Of a DNA stretch of 64,000 nt, positions 27,603-38,014 are shown in pieces. Below the pieces are notes generated by a model. That model ran no database searches, was not told where the DNA came from, and saw only the letters and a list, made by a program, of their open reading frames with translations. The stretch lies in NCBI GenBank assembly GCA_030594205.1, contig JAUVFR010000006.1, positions 629-64,628 on the forward strand, in the 5' to 3' direction. This DNA is from Methanobacteriota archaeon (GTDB lineage: Archaea; Thermoplasmatota; Thermoplasmata; RBG-16-68-12; JAJISG01). Numbering within the stretch: the stretch's first letter is position 1; each line of letters opens with the position of its first letter. Both the position numbers and the translations under genes were made by a program.

Positions 27603-28103
27603 ATGTGGGGCAAGATTCGACGCTACTTCGAGAAGTTTCCGGCCCAGGCCCGCGTGGCGCAACGGATGCTCTCGTACGGTTTCCGAGTGAAGGGAGACCG
27701 CGTCTACTGCGGGGACGTGGCCGTGGCCGAGACGGCCCTCGGGCGCGCGGTCGGGGTGGATCGTCGTGTCGTATCGGCCACCATCCGGACGATCCGGAAG
27801 TATCCGGAACTCTCTCGCATCTTTCGTCGTCTCCGGCCGGTGGCCCACCTCCGAGAAGTCGCACCCGTGATGGGGTGGGGGGCCATCGAGATTGTTCCGA
27901 ACGACGCGCTGGTGCCAGGCATCCTCGCCGGGGTCTCCTCCATCATTGCGCGGGCCTCGATTAGCATTCGCCAGGTCATCGTCGATGATCCGGAGGTGGT
28001 GGACGAGCCGCGGGGTTTCATCATCACGGATGCCCCCGTCCCGAGCGAGCTTCTACCGGCCATGAAGGCGGTCGAGGGCGTGCAGGGCGTCGTCCTGTAC
28101 TGA
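27603..28103 (+). CDS. ACT-domain amino-acid metabolism regulator (COG2150, TrpY-like)
   Basis: MW..I..YF..FPAQ..VA..M..YG, HTH-like VDRRVV..T, ACT PGILAGV...ISIRQ. Confidence 0.85.
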   Translation: MWGKIRRYFEKFPAQARVAQRMLSYGFRVKGDRVYCGDVAVAETALGRAVGVDRRVVSATIRTIRKYPELSRIFRRLRPVAHLREVAPVMGWGAIEIVPNDALVPGILAGVSSIIARASISIRQVIVDDPEVVDEPRGFIITDAPVPSELLPAMKAVEGVQGVVLY

Positions 28104-28147
28104 GACTGAGCGGCCGTTTAGAGCGGGAGAGGATGTCCACGCATGGC

Positions 28148-28570
28148 TCAGCGAGGTCGCTGCGCCCCGCGAAGGACCACCTCCGTGCGCATGCACCGAT
28201 CTTGAATGACCTTCAGCCCGGCCCGGCGGGCCTTCGCGGCGGCCTCCTCGTGCCGGATGCCAGACTGCATCCAGATGACGCGGGCCTCCGTCTCCAGCGC
28301 CTCGTCCACGATGCGGGGAACGTCGTCCGAGGGACGGAAGATCTCCACGATGTCGATGGGAAAGGGGATCTCCTCCAGCCGGGGGTACGCCTTCTCCCCC
28401 AAGACTTCGTCTGCAAAGGGATTCACGGGAACGATCCGGTAACCGTTCTCCTTAAGGAAACGAGGCACCGAGTGGGCGTCCTTCATCGGGTTCCGAGAGA
28501 GGCCAACGACGGCCACGATCTTGTATGTCCCCAGGATTTCCCCGATTTCGTCCACCTGGGAGGAGGTCAC
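28148..28570 (-). CDS. CoA-binding protein (YccU-like)
   Basis: AVVGLS, GY.IVPVNP, DIVEIFR, WMQSG, DRC. Confidence 0.9.
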   Translation of the reverse strand: MTSSQVDEIGEILGTYKIVAVVGLSRNPMKDAHSVPRFLKENGYRIVPVNPFADEVLGEKAYPRLEEIPFPIDIVEIFRPSDDVPRIVDEALETEARVIWMQSGIRHEEAAAKARRAGLKVIQDRCMRTEVVLRGAQRPR

Positions 28571-28634
28571 CGGTCATCAGACCGCCCTGCGGCTTCATAT
28601 GCCTTACAGGTCCCGGCCTCACCTCGAGCCGGAG

Positions 28635-31600
28635 CTACCGGCGCCGCCACAGGAGGATTCCTACGACCAAGGCAACGATTACGACGCCTCCCAAGATGGC
28701 GGCGAGGATCAGGGGCGGGATCCCAAAGAGCCCAGGCGGCAACACAACGGTCACCGTGACCGTGTCCGTTCCTTCGTTCCCGGCCCCGTCCACGACCGTC
28801 AGAGTGACGGTGTACTCGCCAGGCGTACTGAATGCGTAAGTCGGGTTCACCGCGTAGAGCGTCACGCTGCCTCCGTCCTGGAAGGTCCAGGTGTAGTTGG
28901 TGACGCCGACGTTGTCGGAGGAGCCGGAACCGTCGAAGGTGACAACAGCTTCGACCTCGACGGTCTGGTCGGGGCCTGCATCGGCGGCCGGGGACGTTGT
29001 ATCGAGTACGGTGACAGTCAGCGCATCGGTGGCTGTGTTGCCCGCCGCATCCACGATCGTCAGCGTGACGGTGTACGAACCGGGGTCACTGAAGGCATAG
29101 GTCGGGTCCACCGCGTAGAGCGTCACGCTGCCTCCGTCCTGGAAGGTCCAGGTGTAGTTGGTGACGCCGATGTTGTCGGAGGAGCCGGAACCGTCGAAGG
29201 TGACGAGCGTGTCCTCATTCACTGTCTGGTCGGGGCCTGCATCGGCGATGGGATCGGTAGCATCGCTGACCGTGATCGTCACGGTGTCGGCATCGGTGTT
29301 GGAATCAAAGTCCGTGACTGTCAGGGTCACGACGAAGACTCCCGGAGTCGCGAACATATACGATGGGGTTTCCCCGGTGAGCGTCTGGGCAGTGCCATCG
29401 GTGAAGGTCCACGTATGGTTGACAATCCCGACGTTGTCCGACGAGCTCGATCCATCGAACTGGACCAACGTACCTTCATCCACCGTCTGATCCGGGCCTG
29501 CGTTGGCTACTGGGGGCTCGGTGTCGAGGGTGACGTTGACCCACATGGTATCCGAGTCGGTGTTCAGGGCGCCGTCGGCCACCTCAAGAGTCACCAAGTA
29601 ATCCCCGCCTACGTTGAACGTGTAGGAGGGCATTTCCCCGTAGAGGGTCTCCGTACCGCTCGCCTGGAAGGTCCACGTGTAGTTGGTGATGCCGACGTTG
29701 TCGGAGGAGCCGGAGCCGTCGAAGGTGACCAACGTGCCTGGAGGCACGGGTTGATCCGGCCCTGCGTTTGCGCTGGGAGGCGCGTTATCGACGTCCAGGA
29801 ACGTCCAGTTCTGCCCGTAGTTGTCCCCGTAGTCCCAGGCCTGAAGCCAGAGTCCGTGTGTCCCGCTCGGAATCATATCGTCTCGGATGAAAGTCAGATT
29901 GACGATGGAGAACCAGCTCCCATACACCACGCTCATGCCGATGACGTTGTCGAAGTCGTCCAAGGTGTACACCATAAAGCCGGTCCGGAATTCCCCGGTC
30001 GGATCTGCGGGAACGGGCTCCGGGGAACCGCCGAGTCCCATGAGCTCAAGGGCGCCCGTCGTCTGAGAGAAGAGGACCTGCGCCCCGACGGGAATCGGGC
30101 TGGAGGCGTTCCGGTACTCTCCAGACACGATATGCCATGGGAGCTGCATGCCGAAGAAGGACAGTGTGACCCACTCCCGCCCGGAGGTGTTCCCCATTCT
30201 ACCGGCAGCGACCTGCGCGTCCCAGGAGAGGGCAACATCCCATAGCCCGGGCGAGGTCTCGACGACTTGATAGTCCGTCTCGGGGAAGGTTGACAGGAGG
30301 GTGAAGTTCCGTTCGCCAGCAGTGGCATTGCGAAGGGCGAGCACCGACAGCGCGACGCGCTCTAGCCATGTTTCGTTGATGGTCGCGGTCACCAGGGCCG
30401 GGTTGTTCACACTCACATTCACGGCAGGGGCCGCACCGAAGGCCGTGACGTTCGGACTCGTAGTGTCGATATCCAGGACCAAGTCGATCGAGAGGGTCTC
30501 CCCGCCCCCGATGGTGAAATTCGTGGAGTTGGTCCCATGGCCCATCGCGCGGGCGAAGAGAGTTAGGCTCGCCGGTACCACGTTCATGGCGTAGAACCCT
30601 GTCCCGTCCGTGAAGGTCTCGTTGAACCAAGCCCCGAAACCACTCGCCCGCACGCTCGCGCCAACGATCACGCCGATGGTGTCGTTCACATACCCCTGAA
30701 CCGTGGCATTCTCGGGGAGATCCGGGTACATGGTGAAGTTGAACCAGTTCACACCGACCGCGAGAGTGAGATCGGTCTCAAACAACTGGTAGCCGCCGAC
30801 GGAGGCATCCATCTCGGTGGGACCGGAGCCGAAGTCGATCTCGTAGTACCCTGTGGCGTTGGAGTTGGATTGGGCGCTGAGGGGTTCCTGGCCCAGCTGG
30901 ATGAAGACCCCACCCAGAGGCGCGCTTGTGATGACGTCCGTTACGAATCCCTTGAGGACGGCGTCCTCTGGGGCCAAGGTGAGGTTGACCCACAAGGTCT
31001 CGCCGTCGGCGATGGTGATGAACGTCATATTCAGCAGGTAACCCGACGCCTGGGCCCCCACGAACAAGGTACCGACGATGGTCCGCATCTCGTAGTAACC
31101 GGACGCGTTGGTGGACGTGAAGTTGGAGGGACCCTCATCGAGATCGCCGACGAACACCTGTGCCCCGTCAATGCCCAACGCCGTAGCTTCGTCGGTGATG
31201 TATCCCTTCACGGTCGCGGTTGTCGGCCTGAGCGTGAAGTTCTCCCAGCGGGTCTCGTTGACGCCAATGGACACCGATCGGCTGGCGGTGCCAAAGCCGT
31301 TGGCCGAAACACCCAACTCCCAGGAGCCTTGGAAGACGTTGATTGTGTAGTAGCCAGTCGCATTCGTGTTGGTGCTGTTGCCGAACCCCTGGACGCTGGC
31401 GAAGACGGTTGCGTTGTCGATGGGCGCCCCTGTGCCATTCACCGTGACGTAACCCTGGATCGTCGAGGTCTCCGGCGGGAACGGGTCCAGGGCCATGTCG
31501 ACCCACACCGTCTCCCCGCTACCCACCGTGAATGTCGTCTGGTTTGGCAGGTAGCCCGCCGCTTCCGACTGCAGCATGTAATCGCCCGGGATGATCGCCA

Positions 31601-32126
31601 TATCGTAGGCGCCCGATCCATCGATCTCGCTGAAGTTCACGTAGTCTGGCTCCATCGCCGGCGGAGTGAGCGCGAGCATCATGCCGTCGATGACCGGGTT
31701 TGAGGTCGTGCTGTCGGTCACGTTTCCACGGACTCGAGCGGTCTGAGCGGGAGCGGAGTCAAGGGAAACGTCCTTCACGGTATCCCCGGTGATCAGCAAA
31801 GACACTTCGAGGAAGAGGTAGTATTGGCCGTGGGCCACGGCGAAGAGGAAATCGCCGGCGGGCAGGGTCATGGTATAATTCCCGTTGGCGTCCGTGAGGG
31901 TCTCATTCAGATAGGCGACGGAATTACCCTCGACGTGGATGAGCGCGTCGGCGATGGGCCCCGAGGTGCTGTTGTCCGTCACCTGACCCGAGATGACAGG
32001 GTCTCCTGGGTCCGCAAGAACCGTCGGGGACGTGACGACGGCAAAGGCCGCCATGAACACGGCTCCGAAGAGAACGATCACGAGAAAGTGTACGCTTAGT
32101 CTACGAGTCTCAGCCGAGGATCCCAT
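28635..32126 (-). CDS. Large cell-surface glycoprotein: carboxypeptidase-regulatory-like repeats, four PKD domains, C-terminal membrane anchor
   Basis: Signal peptide; repeated G.VTD...PI.GA.V...T.A.GYY units; ADAGPDQ..FDGS.SSDN.G..NYTWTF x4; TM followed by WRRR; many N-x-S/T sequons. Confidence 0.9.
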   Translation of the reverse strand: MGSSAETRRLSVHFLVIVLFGAVFMAAFAVVTSPTVLADPGDPVISGQVTDNSTSGPIADALIHVEGNSVAYLNETLTDANGNYTMTLPAGDFLFAVAHGQYYLFLEVSLLITGDTVKDVSLDSAPAQTARVRGNVTDSTTSNPVIDGMMLALTPPAMEPDYVNFSEIDGSGAYDMAIIPGDYMLQSEAAGYLPNQTTFTVGSGETVWVDMALDPFPPETSTIQGYVTVNGTGAPIDNATVFASVQGFGNSTNTNATGYYTINVFQGSWELGVSANGFGTASRSVSIGVNETRWENFTLRPTTATVKGYITDEATALGIDGAQVFVGDLDEGPSNFTSTNASGYYEMRTIVGTLFVGAQASGYLLNMTFITIADGETLWVNLTLAPEDAVLKGFVTDVITSAPLGGVFIQLGQEPLSAQSNSNATGYYEIDFGSGPTEMDASVGGYQLFETDLTLAVGVNWFNFTMYPDLPENATVQGYVNDTIGVIVGASVRASGFGAWFNETFTDGTGFYAMNVVPASLTLFARAMGHGTNSTNFTIGGGETLSIDLVLDIDTTSPNVTAFGAAPAVNVSVNNPALVTATINETWLERVALSVLALRNATAGERNFTLLSTFPETDYQVVETSPGLWDVALSWDAQVAAGRMGNTSGREWVTLSFFGMQLPWHIVSGEYRNASSPIPVGAQVLFSQTTGALELMGLGGSPEPVPADPTGEFRTGFMVYTLDDFDNVIGMSVVYGSWFSIVNLTFIRDDMIPSGTHGLWLQAWDYGDNYGQNWTFLDVDNAPPSANAGPDQPVPPGTLVTFDGSGSSDNVGITNYTWTFQASGTETLYGEMPSYTFNVGGDYLVTLEVADGALNTDSDTMWVNVTLDTEPPVANAGPDQTVDEGTLVQFDGSSSSDNVGIVNHTWTFTDGTAQTLTGETPSYMFATPGVFVVTLTVTDFDSNTDADTVTITVSDATDPIADAGPDQTVNEDTLVTFDGSGSSDNIGVTNYTWTFQDGGSVTLYAVDPTYAFSDPGSYTVTLTIVDAAGNTATDALTVTVLDTTSPAADAGPDQTVEVEAVVTFDGSGSSDNVGVTNYTWTFQDGGSVTLYAVNPTYAFSTPGEYTVTLTVVDGAGNEGTDTVTVTVVLPPGLFGIPPLILAAILGGVVIVALVVGILLWRRR
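28848..29204. repeat. Near-identical 96-bp direct repeat in the last two PKD domains
   Basis: 28848-28943 versus 29109-29204 (261-bp period), one mismatch seen. Confidence 0.85.
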
Positions 32127-32267
32127 CCTGACTTCCTCCAAGAATTACTCAGCCGCCCCTCAACGTCATCGGCTATTAAAGGTAGGCTATATACTCAGGC
32201 ACAGGCAGGCTCCCCGGCCCCTCCCCTCGTTGGTGGATTTATGTACGCCGATAGCCCATAGTCCACC

Positions 32268-33680
32268 GTGAAGAGGCTCGCGACCCAGGCTGCCGAACGC
32301 GTGAAGCGGGCAGGCCATGTCGACGTCTTCAGCCACATCGATCCCGACGGGATCACGTCAGGAACCATCGCTTCCCAGGCCCTGGAGCGCCTGGGGATCG
32401 ACCATGAGATGCACTTCCTGAAGAAGTTGGACTCCAGGGCTGTGGAGGAGATCAAGGACCGCAACCCGGAGGCGGTGTGGTTCACGGACTTGGGGAGCGG
32501 CCTTTTCCATCGCCTCGCCGACCTGAGTGGCGTGATCACGGACCACCACCTCCCCTCCGAGGTCGTCGTGCCCGGGGGAGATCGGGACGACCTCCGTGAC
32601 TACATGACCCCTGACATGGTTCACGTCAACCCCCACTTGGTGGGCATCGACGGAACCAGCGAGCTCAGCAGCTCGGGAACCGCGTACCTGGTGGCCCGGG
32701 CGCTGAGTCGGGAGAACCAGGACCTGGCCGCCCTCGGGGCGGTCGGAGCGGTCGGCGACTTGCAGGATCGGGCCCAGGGCCGCCTGGTGGGGGCCAATCG
32801 GGAGGTGGTGGGTGACGGCGAGCGATCCGGCGTCCTCCAGGTCATCCGCGACCTGCGCCTCTTCGGACGGGAGACGCGTCCCGTGTTCCGGCTCCTCCAG
32901 TATGCGCACGATCCCCCGCTCCCCCATCTGACGGAGGACGCGGAGGCCTGCATCGTGTTCTTCCTCGAACTGGGCATCGACCTCAAAGGCGAGGGCGGAT
33001 GGCGTAGGTGGATCGACCTGGAGGCGGAGGAGAAGCGTACGGTCGTCTCCGAGCTGGTCATGTCCCTCCTCCAGAAGGGGTACGGCCACGCCCAGGCCCG
33101 CCGGCTCACCGGGGAGGTCTACCTCCTCCCGCGCGAAGAAGAGGGAACTCCCCTTCACGACGCGAAGGAGTTCGCCACACTCCTTAACGCGTGTGGCCGG
33201 TACGAGGCGGGGGAGGTAGGCTACCTCGTCTGCCGAGGCGACCGCGGGGAAGCGTACAAGCAGGCCCTCGGCCTCCTGAAGGGGCACCGGCGGCACATCG
33301 TGACCTCCTTGGACGTCGTGGACGATGTGGGCGTGGAGAGCCTGGACCACATCCAATGGTTCCACGGCGGGGACCGAATCAAGGACACGGTGGTGGGGAT
33401 TGCCGCCGGGATGGTGCTCGGCTCGGGTTCCGTCAAGCAGGACATGCCCCTCTTCGCGTTCGCCCAAGCAGAGGATGGGGTCAAGGTCAGTGCCCGCGCA
33501 TCTCAGCGTCTGTTGCAGCGAGGGCTCAACCTCGCGGTGGTGGTGCGTGAGGCGGCGGCGAAGGTCGGAGGAGAGGGAGGGGGCCATGCCGTGGCCGCGG
33601 GCGCGACCATCCCGCCAGGCACGGAAGACGAGTTCCTGCGGATCGCGGACGGAATGGTCGGCGTCCAGCTGCAGGCCTGA
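32268..33680 (+). CDS. DHH-family RecJ/GAN (Cdc45-like) nuclease
   Basis: H.DPDG, TDLGS, DHH, VGDLQ, LLNACGR, GGGH..AAG. Confidence 0.9.
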   Translation: MKRLATQAAERVKRAGHVDVFSHIDPDGITSGTIASQALERLGIDHEMHFLKKLDSRAVEEIKDRNPEAVWFTDLGSGLFHRLADLSGVITDHHLPSEVVVPGGDRDDLRDYMTPDMVHVNPHLVGIDGTSELSSSGTAYLVARALSRENQDLAALGAVGAVGDLQDRAQGRLVGANREVVGDGERSGVLQVIRDLRLFGRETRPVFRLLQYAHDPPLPHLTEDAEACIVFFLELGIDLKGEGGWRRWIDLEAEEKRTVVSELVMSLLQKGYGHAQARRLTGEVYLLPREEEGTPLHDAKEFATLLNACGRYEAGEVGYLVCRGDRGEAYKQALGLLKGHRRHIVTSLDVVDDVGVESLDHIQWFHGGDRIKDTVVGIAAGMVLGSGSVKQDMPLFAFAQAEDGVKVSARASQRLLQRGLNLAVVVREAAAKVGGEGGGHAVAAGATIPPGTEDEFLRIADGMVGVQLQA

Positions 33681-33774
33681 GGCCCGTGCCCTTGGTCCCT
33701 CAGATGCCCCCCTAGGATCCCGACGCCTCTGCCCCCTGAGAGATGATTAATAAAGCTGCCCCTTAGTCGAAGGG

Positions 33775-36453
33775 ATGCCCAGCGAGTATGAGCTCGCCTT
33801 CTTCGGGGAGAATGGCTTCACCCGCGAGGTCTGCCCAAGCTGCGGGCGGCCCTATTGGTCTCAAGGTGCTCACTCGACGTGCGGCGAGACGCCGTGCCAA
33901 GAATACGAGTTCATCGGGCACTCCCCCATGAAGAGGGAGCTCGAGCTCCCGGCGATGCGAGAGACGTTTCTCCGCTTTTTCGAGAACGAGGGCCACCCGC
34001 GGATCAGACGCTACCCCGTGGTGGCCCGTTGGCGCAACGACGTCTTCTACACCCAGGCCTCCATTTACCCCTTCCAACCCTGGGTCATCGAAGGCCTGGC
34101 GGAGCCGCCTGCGAACCCCCTCGGCATCTCTCAGCCGTGCGTCCGTTTCAACGACCTGGATAACGTCGGCAAGACGGGTCAGCACTTCTCGCTCTTCGAG
34201 ATGATGGCCCACCACGCCTTCAACGCCCCCAAGCGTGTCTACTTTAAGGAGCGAACCACAGAACTTTGCCATCGGTTCCTCACCGAGGAGCTGGGCATCG
34301 AGGCTCCAAGCCTCCGATACGCGGAGTCTTGGTGGGCGGGAGGGGGGTACAGCGGCCCGTCCTTTGAGGTGACCGTAAGCGGGGCCGAGGTGGCCACCCT
34401 GGTCTTTATGATGTTCCGGGGGGAAGAGAAGGGTGGCGAGCCCCTCAAGGGCCCCGTGGTGGACACGGGCTACGGGCTGGAGCGATTGACCTGGGTGTCC
34501 AAAGGATCCCCGAGCGCCTACGAAGCGGTCTTCGGGGACGTGCTTGAGACCCTCAAAGGGGACGCGGGCATCCAAACCGACGAACGGGTCCTGGCGGAGT
34601 ACAGCAAGGTAGCAGGGGGAATGAGCATTGAGACCCACGGTGACGTGCGTCGCCTTCGGTCGGATGTCGCGAATCGGCTGGGCCTCGGGGTGGAAGAACT
34701 GACGGCCTACACCCTGCCGCTGGAGTACGTGTACGCCCTCACCGATCACGCGCGAGCGCTGGCCTTCGTGTTGGGAGACGGCGTCGTTCCCTCGAACATG
34801 AAAGAGGGGTATTTCGCGCGACTCCTCGTGCGGCGTTCGCTCCGCGCGCTGGATCGGCTCGAAATCGATCGAGACTTGTCCGACATCCTCTCCCTCCAGA
34901 TTGGCCATTTCGCGAAGGACTTCCCCGAACTCCGGGAGTGGGAGGAGGAGATCCTCAAGCTGGCGGAGGTGGAGGCCGCCAAGTACGTCCAGACGCTGAA
35001 GCGGGGCCGACGGATCGTCCGGGATCGTGAAGCTGGCCTCTCGAAGGGGAAGAGTCTCTCGACGGAGGACCTGGTGGAGTTGTATGACTCCCACGGCCTG
35101 GTCCCCGAGGTCGTCCAGGAGTTCGCCAAAGGGAAGGTCGAGGTCCCGGATGACTTCTTTACCCAAGTTGCCGATCGCCATCTCGAAGTCGCGGAGGAGC
35201 GGCGGGAAGGAGCGACCTCCCCGCCCGACTTCCCCCCCACACGCCTTCGTTATTACGAGGATCCAAAACGCTTCGTCTTTGAGGCCACCTTCCTGGGAAC
35301 CTCCGAGGGCGGCGTGGTCCTCGATGAGACCTACTTCTATCCCGAAGGGGGGGGGCAGGAGCCGGACCATGGGACCATCGGGGAGGTCCCCGTGAACGAC
35401 GTCCAACTCGTGGGGGGCGTGGCCGTCCATATGGTGCCGGGGAAGGTCTCGTGGAAGAAGGGGGACCGAGTGGAAGGTCACATCGACGAGGGGCGTCGCA
35501 TGCGCCTTCTGCGACACCACACCGCCACCCACCTCGTCAACGGGGCCGCACGTCAGGTCCTCGGGCGTCACGTGTGGCAGACGGGAGCGCACAAGTCGGA
35601 GGATCGCGCGACCCTGGACATCACCCACTATCAGGGCCTCACGAGGCGGGAAGTCCAGGCTATCGAGACGCTGGCGAACCGGATCGTCCTCGAGGACCGT
35701 CCGGTCCATCAGCACTTCGTCCCGCGGGAGGAGGCCGAGGCTCACCATGGATTCATCCTCTACCAGGGGGGTTCCATCCCCGGGAGGGACATCCGGGTCG
35801 TGGACGTGGAGGACTTCGACGTCGAAGGGTGTGGCGGGACTCACGCCCTTCATACCGGCGAGGTGGGGCTAATCAAGATCTACCGAAGCCGACGGATTCA
35901 GGATGGTGTCGTCCGGCTGGAGTTCGTTGCCGGGGAGGCGGCGTTGGACCGCTTCCGGCAGCGGGAGCGAACGCTCGAAGAGGCCAGCGAGATCCTCCGC
36001 ACAAAGCCCGACGAGCTTCCCACCGCGGCAGACCGACTGGTGACCGCAAACAGGGAGCTCTCCGCGAAGGTCGAGCGTGCCGAAAGGCAGGCTTTCGCCC
36101 AGGAAGTGGAGGAGCTTCTCGCGGGGGCGGAGGACGTGGGAGGAACCCGGCTCGTGATCCACCTACGGATGGGGAGCAGTAAGGATCTCGTTGCCCTGGC
36201 CCAGGGGCTTCTGCGGGGACCCGGGGTCGTCGGGATCCTGGGTTCGCGAGATGGGACGGCCAGCATCCTCATCGGCCGGAGCGACGACGTATCTCTGGAC
36301 GCCCGAGAGGCCATCGAGACGGCTGCCGAACTTCTAGGAGGGAGGGGCGGCGGGAAACCTGATCTCGCCCAGGGGGGAGGCCCGCAGGCGGACCGTTTGG
36401 AGGAAGCCCTTGCCGAAGCAGAAGCCCGGGTTCGGGCGCTCCTGAGAGGTTGA
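33775..36453 (+). CDS. alaS: Alanine--tRNA ligase
   Basis: ASIY.FQP, FEMMAHHAFN, DTGYGLER, editing HHTATH/CGGTH, GGGKPDLAQG. Confidence 0.97.
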   Translation: MPSEYELAFFGENGFTREVCPSCGRPYWSQGAHSTCGETPCQEYEFIGHSPMKRELELPAMRETFLRFFENEGHPRIRRYPVVARWRNDVFYTQASIYPFQPWVIEGLAEPPANPLGISQPCVRFNDLDNVGKTGQHFSLFEMMAHHAFNAPKRVYFKERTTELCHRFLTEELGIEAPSLRYAESWWAGGGYSGPSFEVTVSGAEVATLVFMMFRGEEKGGEPLKGPVVDTGYGLERLTWVSKGSPSAYEAVFGDVLETLKGDAGIQTDERVLAEYSKVAGGMSIETHGDVRRLRSDVANRLGLGVEELTAYTLPLEYVYALTDHARALAFVLGDGVVPSNMKEGYFARLLVRRSLRALDRLEIDRDLSDILSLQIGHFAKDFPELREWEEEILKLAEVEAAKYVQTLKRGRRIVRDREAGLSKGKSLSTEDLVELYDSHGLVPEVVQEFAKGKVEVPDDFFTQVADRHLEVAEERREGATSPPDFPPTRLRYYEDPKRFVFEATFLGTSEGGVVLDETYFYPEGGGQEPDHGTIGEVPVNDVQLVGGVAVHMVPGKVSWKKGDRVEGHIDEGRRMRLLRHHTATHLVNGAARQVLGRHVWQTGAHKSEDRATLDITHYQGLTRREVQAIETLANRIVLEDRPVHQHFVPREEAEAHHGFILYQGGSIPGRDIRVVDVEDFDVEGCGGTHALHTGEVGLIKIYRSRRIQDGVVRLEFVAGEAALDRFRQRERTLEEASEILRTKPDELPTAADRLVTANRELSAKVERAERQAFAQEVEELLAGAEDVGGTRLVIHLRMGSSKDLVALAQGLLRGPGVVGILGSRDGTASILIGRSDDVSLDAREAIETAAELLGGRGGGKPDLAQGGGPQADRLEEALAEAEARVRALLRG

Positions 36454-36529
36454 GGGTTCGCCCGTGAATCTCGGCCCTGAAAGTCTCCGCCATGCCTTTT
36501 AATACGGGCCTTTCCGTAGAGCGGCCAGG

Positions 36530-38014
36530 ATGGAGTCCCTGGCTGACGAGGTCGAAGAAGTCAGGGCCCTCGTAGGTCGCCATTTCGCCATTTACGACAT
36601 CCGGGTTCGGCCTGAGGCCATCGCCGTTTTCGTCCGCGCGGAAGCCCCGCAGCTCGACGAGCGGTTCGAGGCCTTGCGCCTCGAGATGCGAGGGGGGAAG
36701 TACCTCCCCTTGCTCCGCCTCGAAGGCGGCGAACACATCCTCTACGTTCAGCGGAGTCCCCCCCGCCGGTTTCGTGGAATCTGGCTGAACGTCGTCTTGT
36801 TGGCGGCGACTCTGGCAACGACCCTCATCGCCGGGATGATCCACTGGGCGGGTTACAACAGGTCGGAGGACATTCTCACGCTCTCTAACGCCCTCTTCGG
36901 CGGCCTATTCTTCACGCTCCCCCTCATGGCAATCCTCGGAACGCATGAGATGGGGCATTTCATTATGGCACGCCGACACAAGGTCGCCGCCTCCCTGCCC
37001 TTCTTCATCCCCGCCCCGCCCCCGGTTATCTTCGGAACCTTTGGTGCCCTTATCAGCATGCGGGAGCCCATCCCGAACAAGAAGGCCCTCATGGACATCG
37101 GGATGTCGGGTCCCCTCCTCGGACTGGCCGTGGCGCTGCCCGTCACCCTCCTGGGTCTCTACCTCAACGCTCTCGATCCACCACTGGCAGGGACGAACGT
37201 TGGCGGCCAGGCTGTCGTCAACCTCCCGATCCTCTACCAGGCCATGCTCTTCGCCATCCCGATCCCGGACAACGCCCTCCTTCACCCCACGGCCTTCGCA
37301 GGATGGGTCGGCTTTCTGGTCACGGGACTCAACCTTCTCCCCGCGGGCCAGCTCGATGGGGGCCACGTCGCGAGGGCTCTCCTTGGGGACAAAGCCAAGT
37401 ATCTGAGCTACGCGGCCTTCGCCATCCTGCTCGCCCTCGGCTTCGTGTTCTTCTTCTCCTGGATCATCCTGGCTTTTCTGGTCCTCTTCCTCGGCCTCCG
37501 CCACCCCCCGCCCCTGAACGACATCACGCGCCTGGACGTCGGCCGCAAACTCGCGGGCGTTGGGGTATTTGTCCTCCTGATTTTGTCCCTCCACTGGATA
37601 CCCCTCCAGGAGATTCCCGTCGACGTGGCGGCGCAGTTCCGCGACCCCGCCGACCCCCTGGTAGCCATCGAGGAGGACAACGTGACGCTGACAAACTTCA
37701 CCGCGAACTACACCTTCATCCTGACCATCACGGGGAACGTCCGCACCGTGGTCGAGCTGAGCTTCGGCAGCTCCATCGAGAATCTGCCTGACTGGGAGAT
37801 TCTTTTCACCAGCGTGGATAACATGGAGATACGCGGGGAGAACGCCACCGTGATCCTGGATGCGTCGCGTTCCGCGGTGGGAACGATACTCATCCGTGCA
37901 CCCATCTTTGTTCCCCCCGGGGCCACCCGGTTCCTCGAGATCGTGGGGGACCTCCGGTCGGAGGCCTTCGGCGGTCGGGCGCAGGCCACGTTGTCCCTCA
38001 GGATCGATCTCTAG
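36530..38014 (+). CDS. Site-2 (M50) intramembrane metalloprotease with extracellular C-terminal extension
   Basis: HEMGH, NLLPAGQLDGGH; C-terminal beta-rich region with sequons. Confidence 0.9.
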   Translation: MESLADEVEEVRALVGRHFAIYDIRVRPEAIAVFVRAEAPQLDERFEALRLEMRGGKYLPLLRLEGGEHILYVQRSPPRRFRGIWLNVVLLAATLATTLIAGMIHWAGYNRSEDILTLSNALFGGLFFTLPLMAILGTHEMGHFIMARRHKVAASLPFFIPAPPPVIFGTFGALISMREPIPNKKALMDIGMSGPLLGLAVALPVTLLGLYLNALDPPLAGTNVGGQAVVNLPILYQAMLFAIPIPDNALLHPTAFAGWVGFLVTGLNLLPAGQLDGGHVARALLGDKAKYLSYAAFAILLALGFVFFFSWIILAFLVLFLGLRHPPPLNDITRLDVGRKLAGVGVFVLLILSLHWIPLQEIPVDVAAQFRDPADPLVAIEEDNVTLTNFTANYTFILTITGNVRTVVELSFGSSIENLPDWEILFTSVDNMEIRGENATVILDASRSAVGTILIRAPIFVPPGATRFLEIVGDLRSEAFGGRAQATLSLRIDL

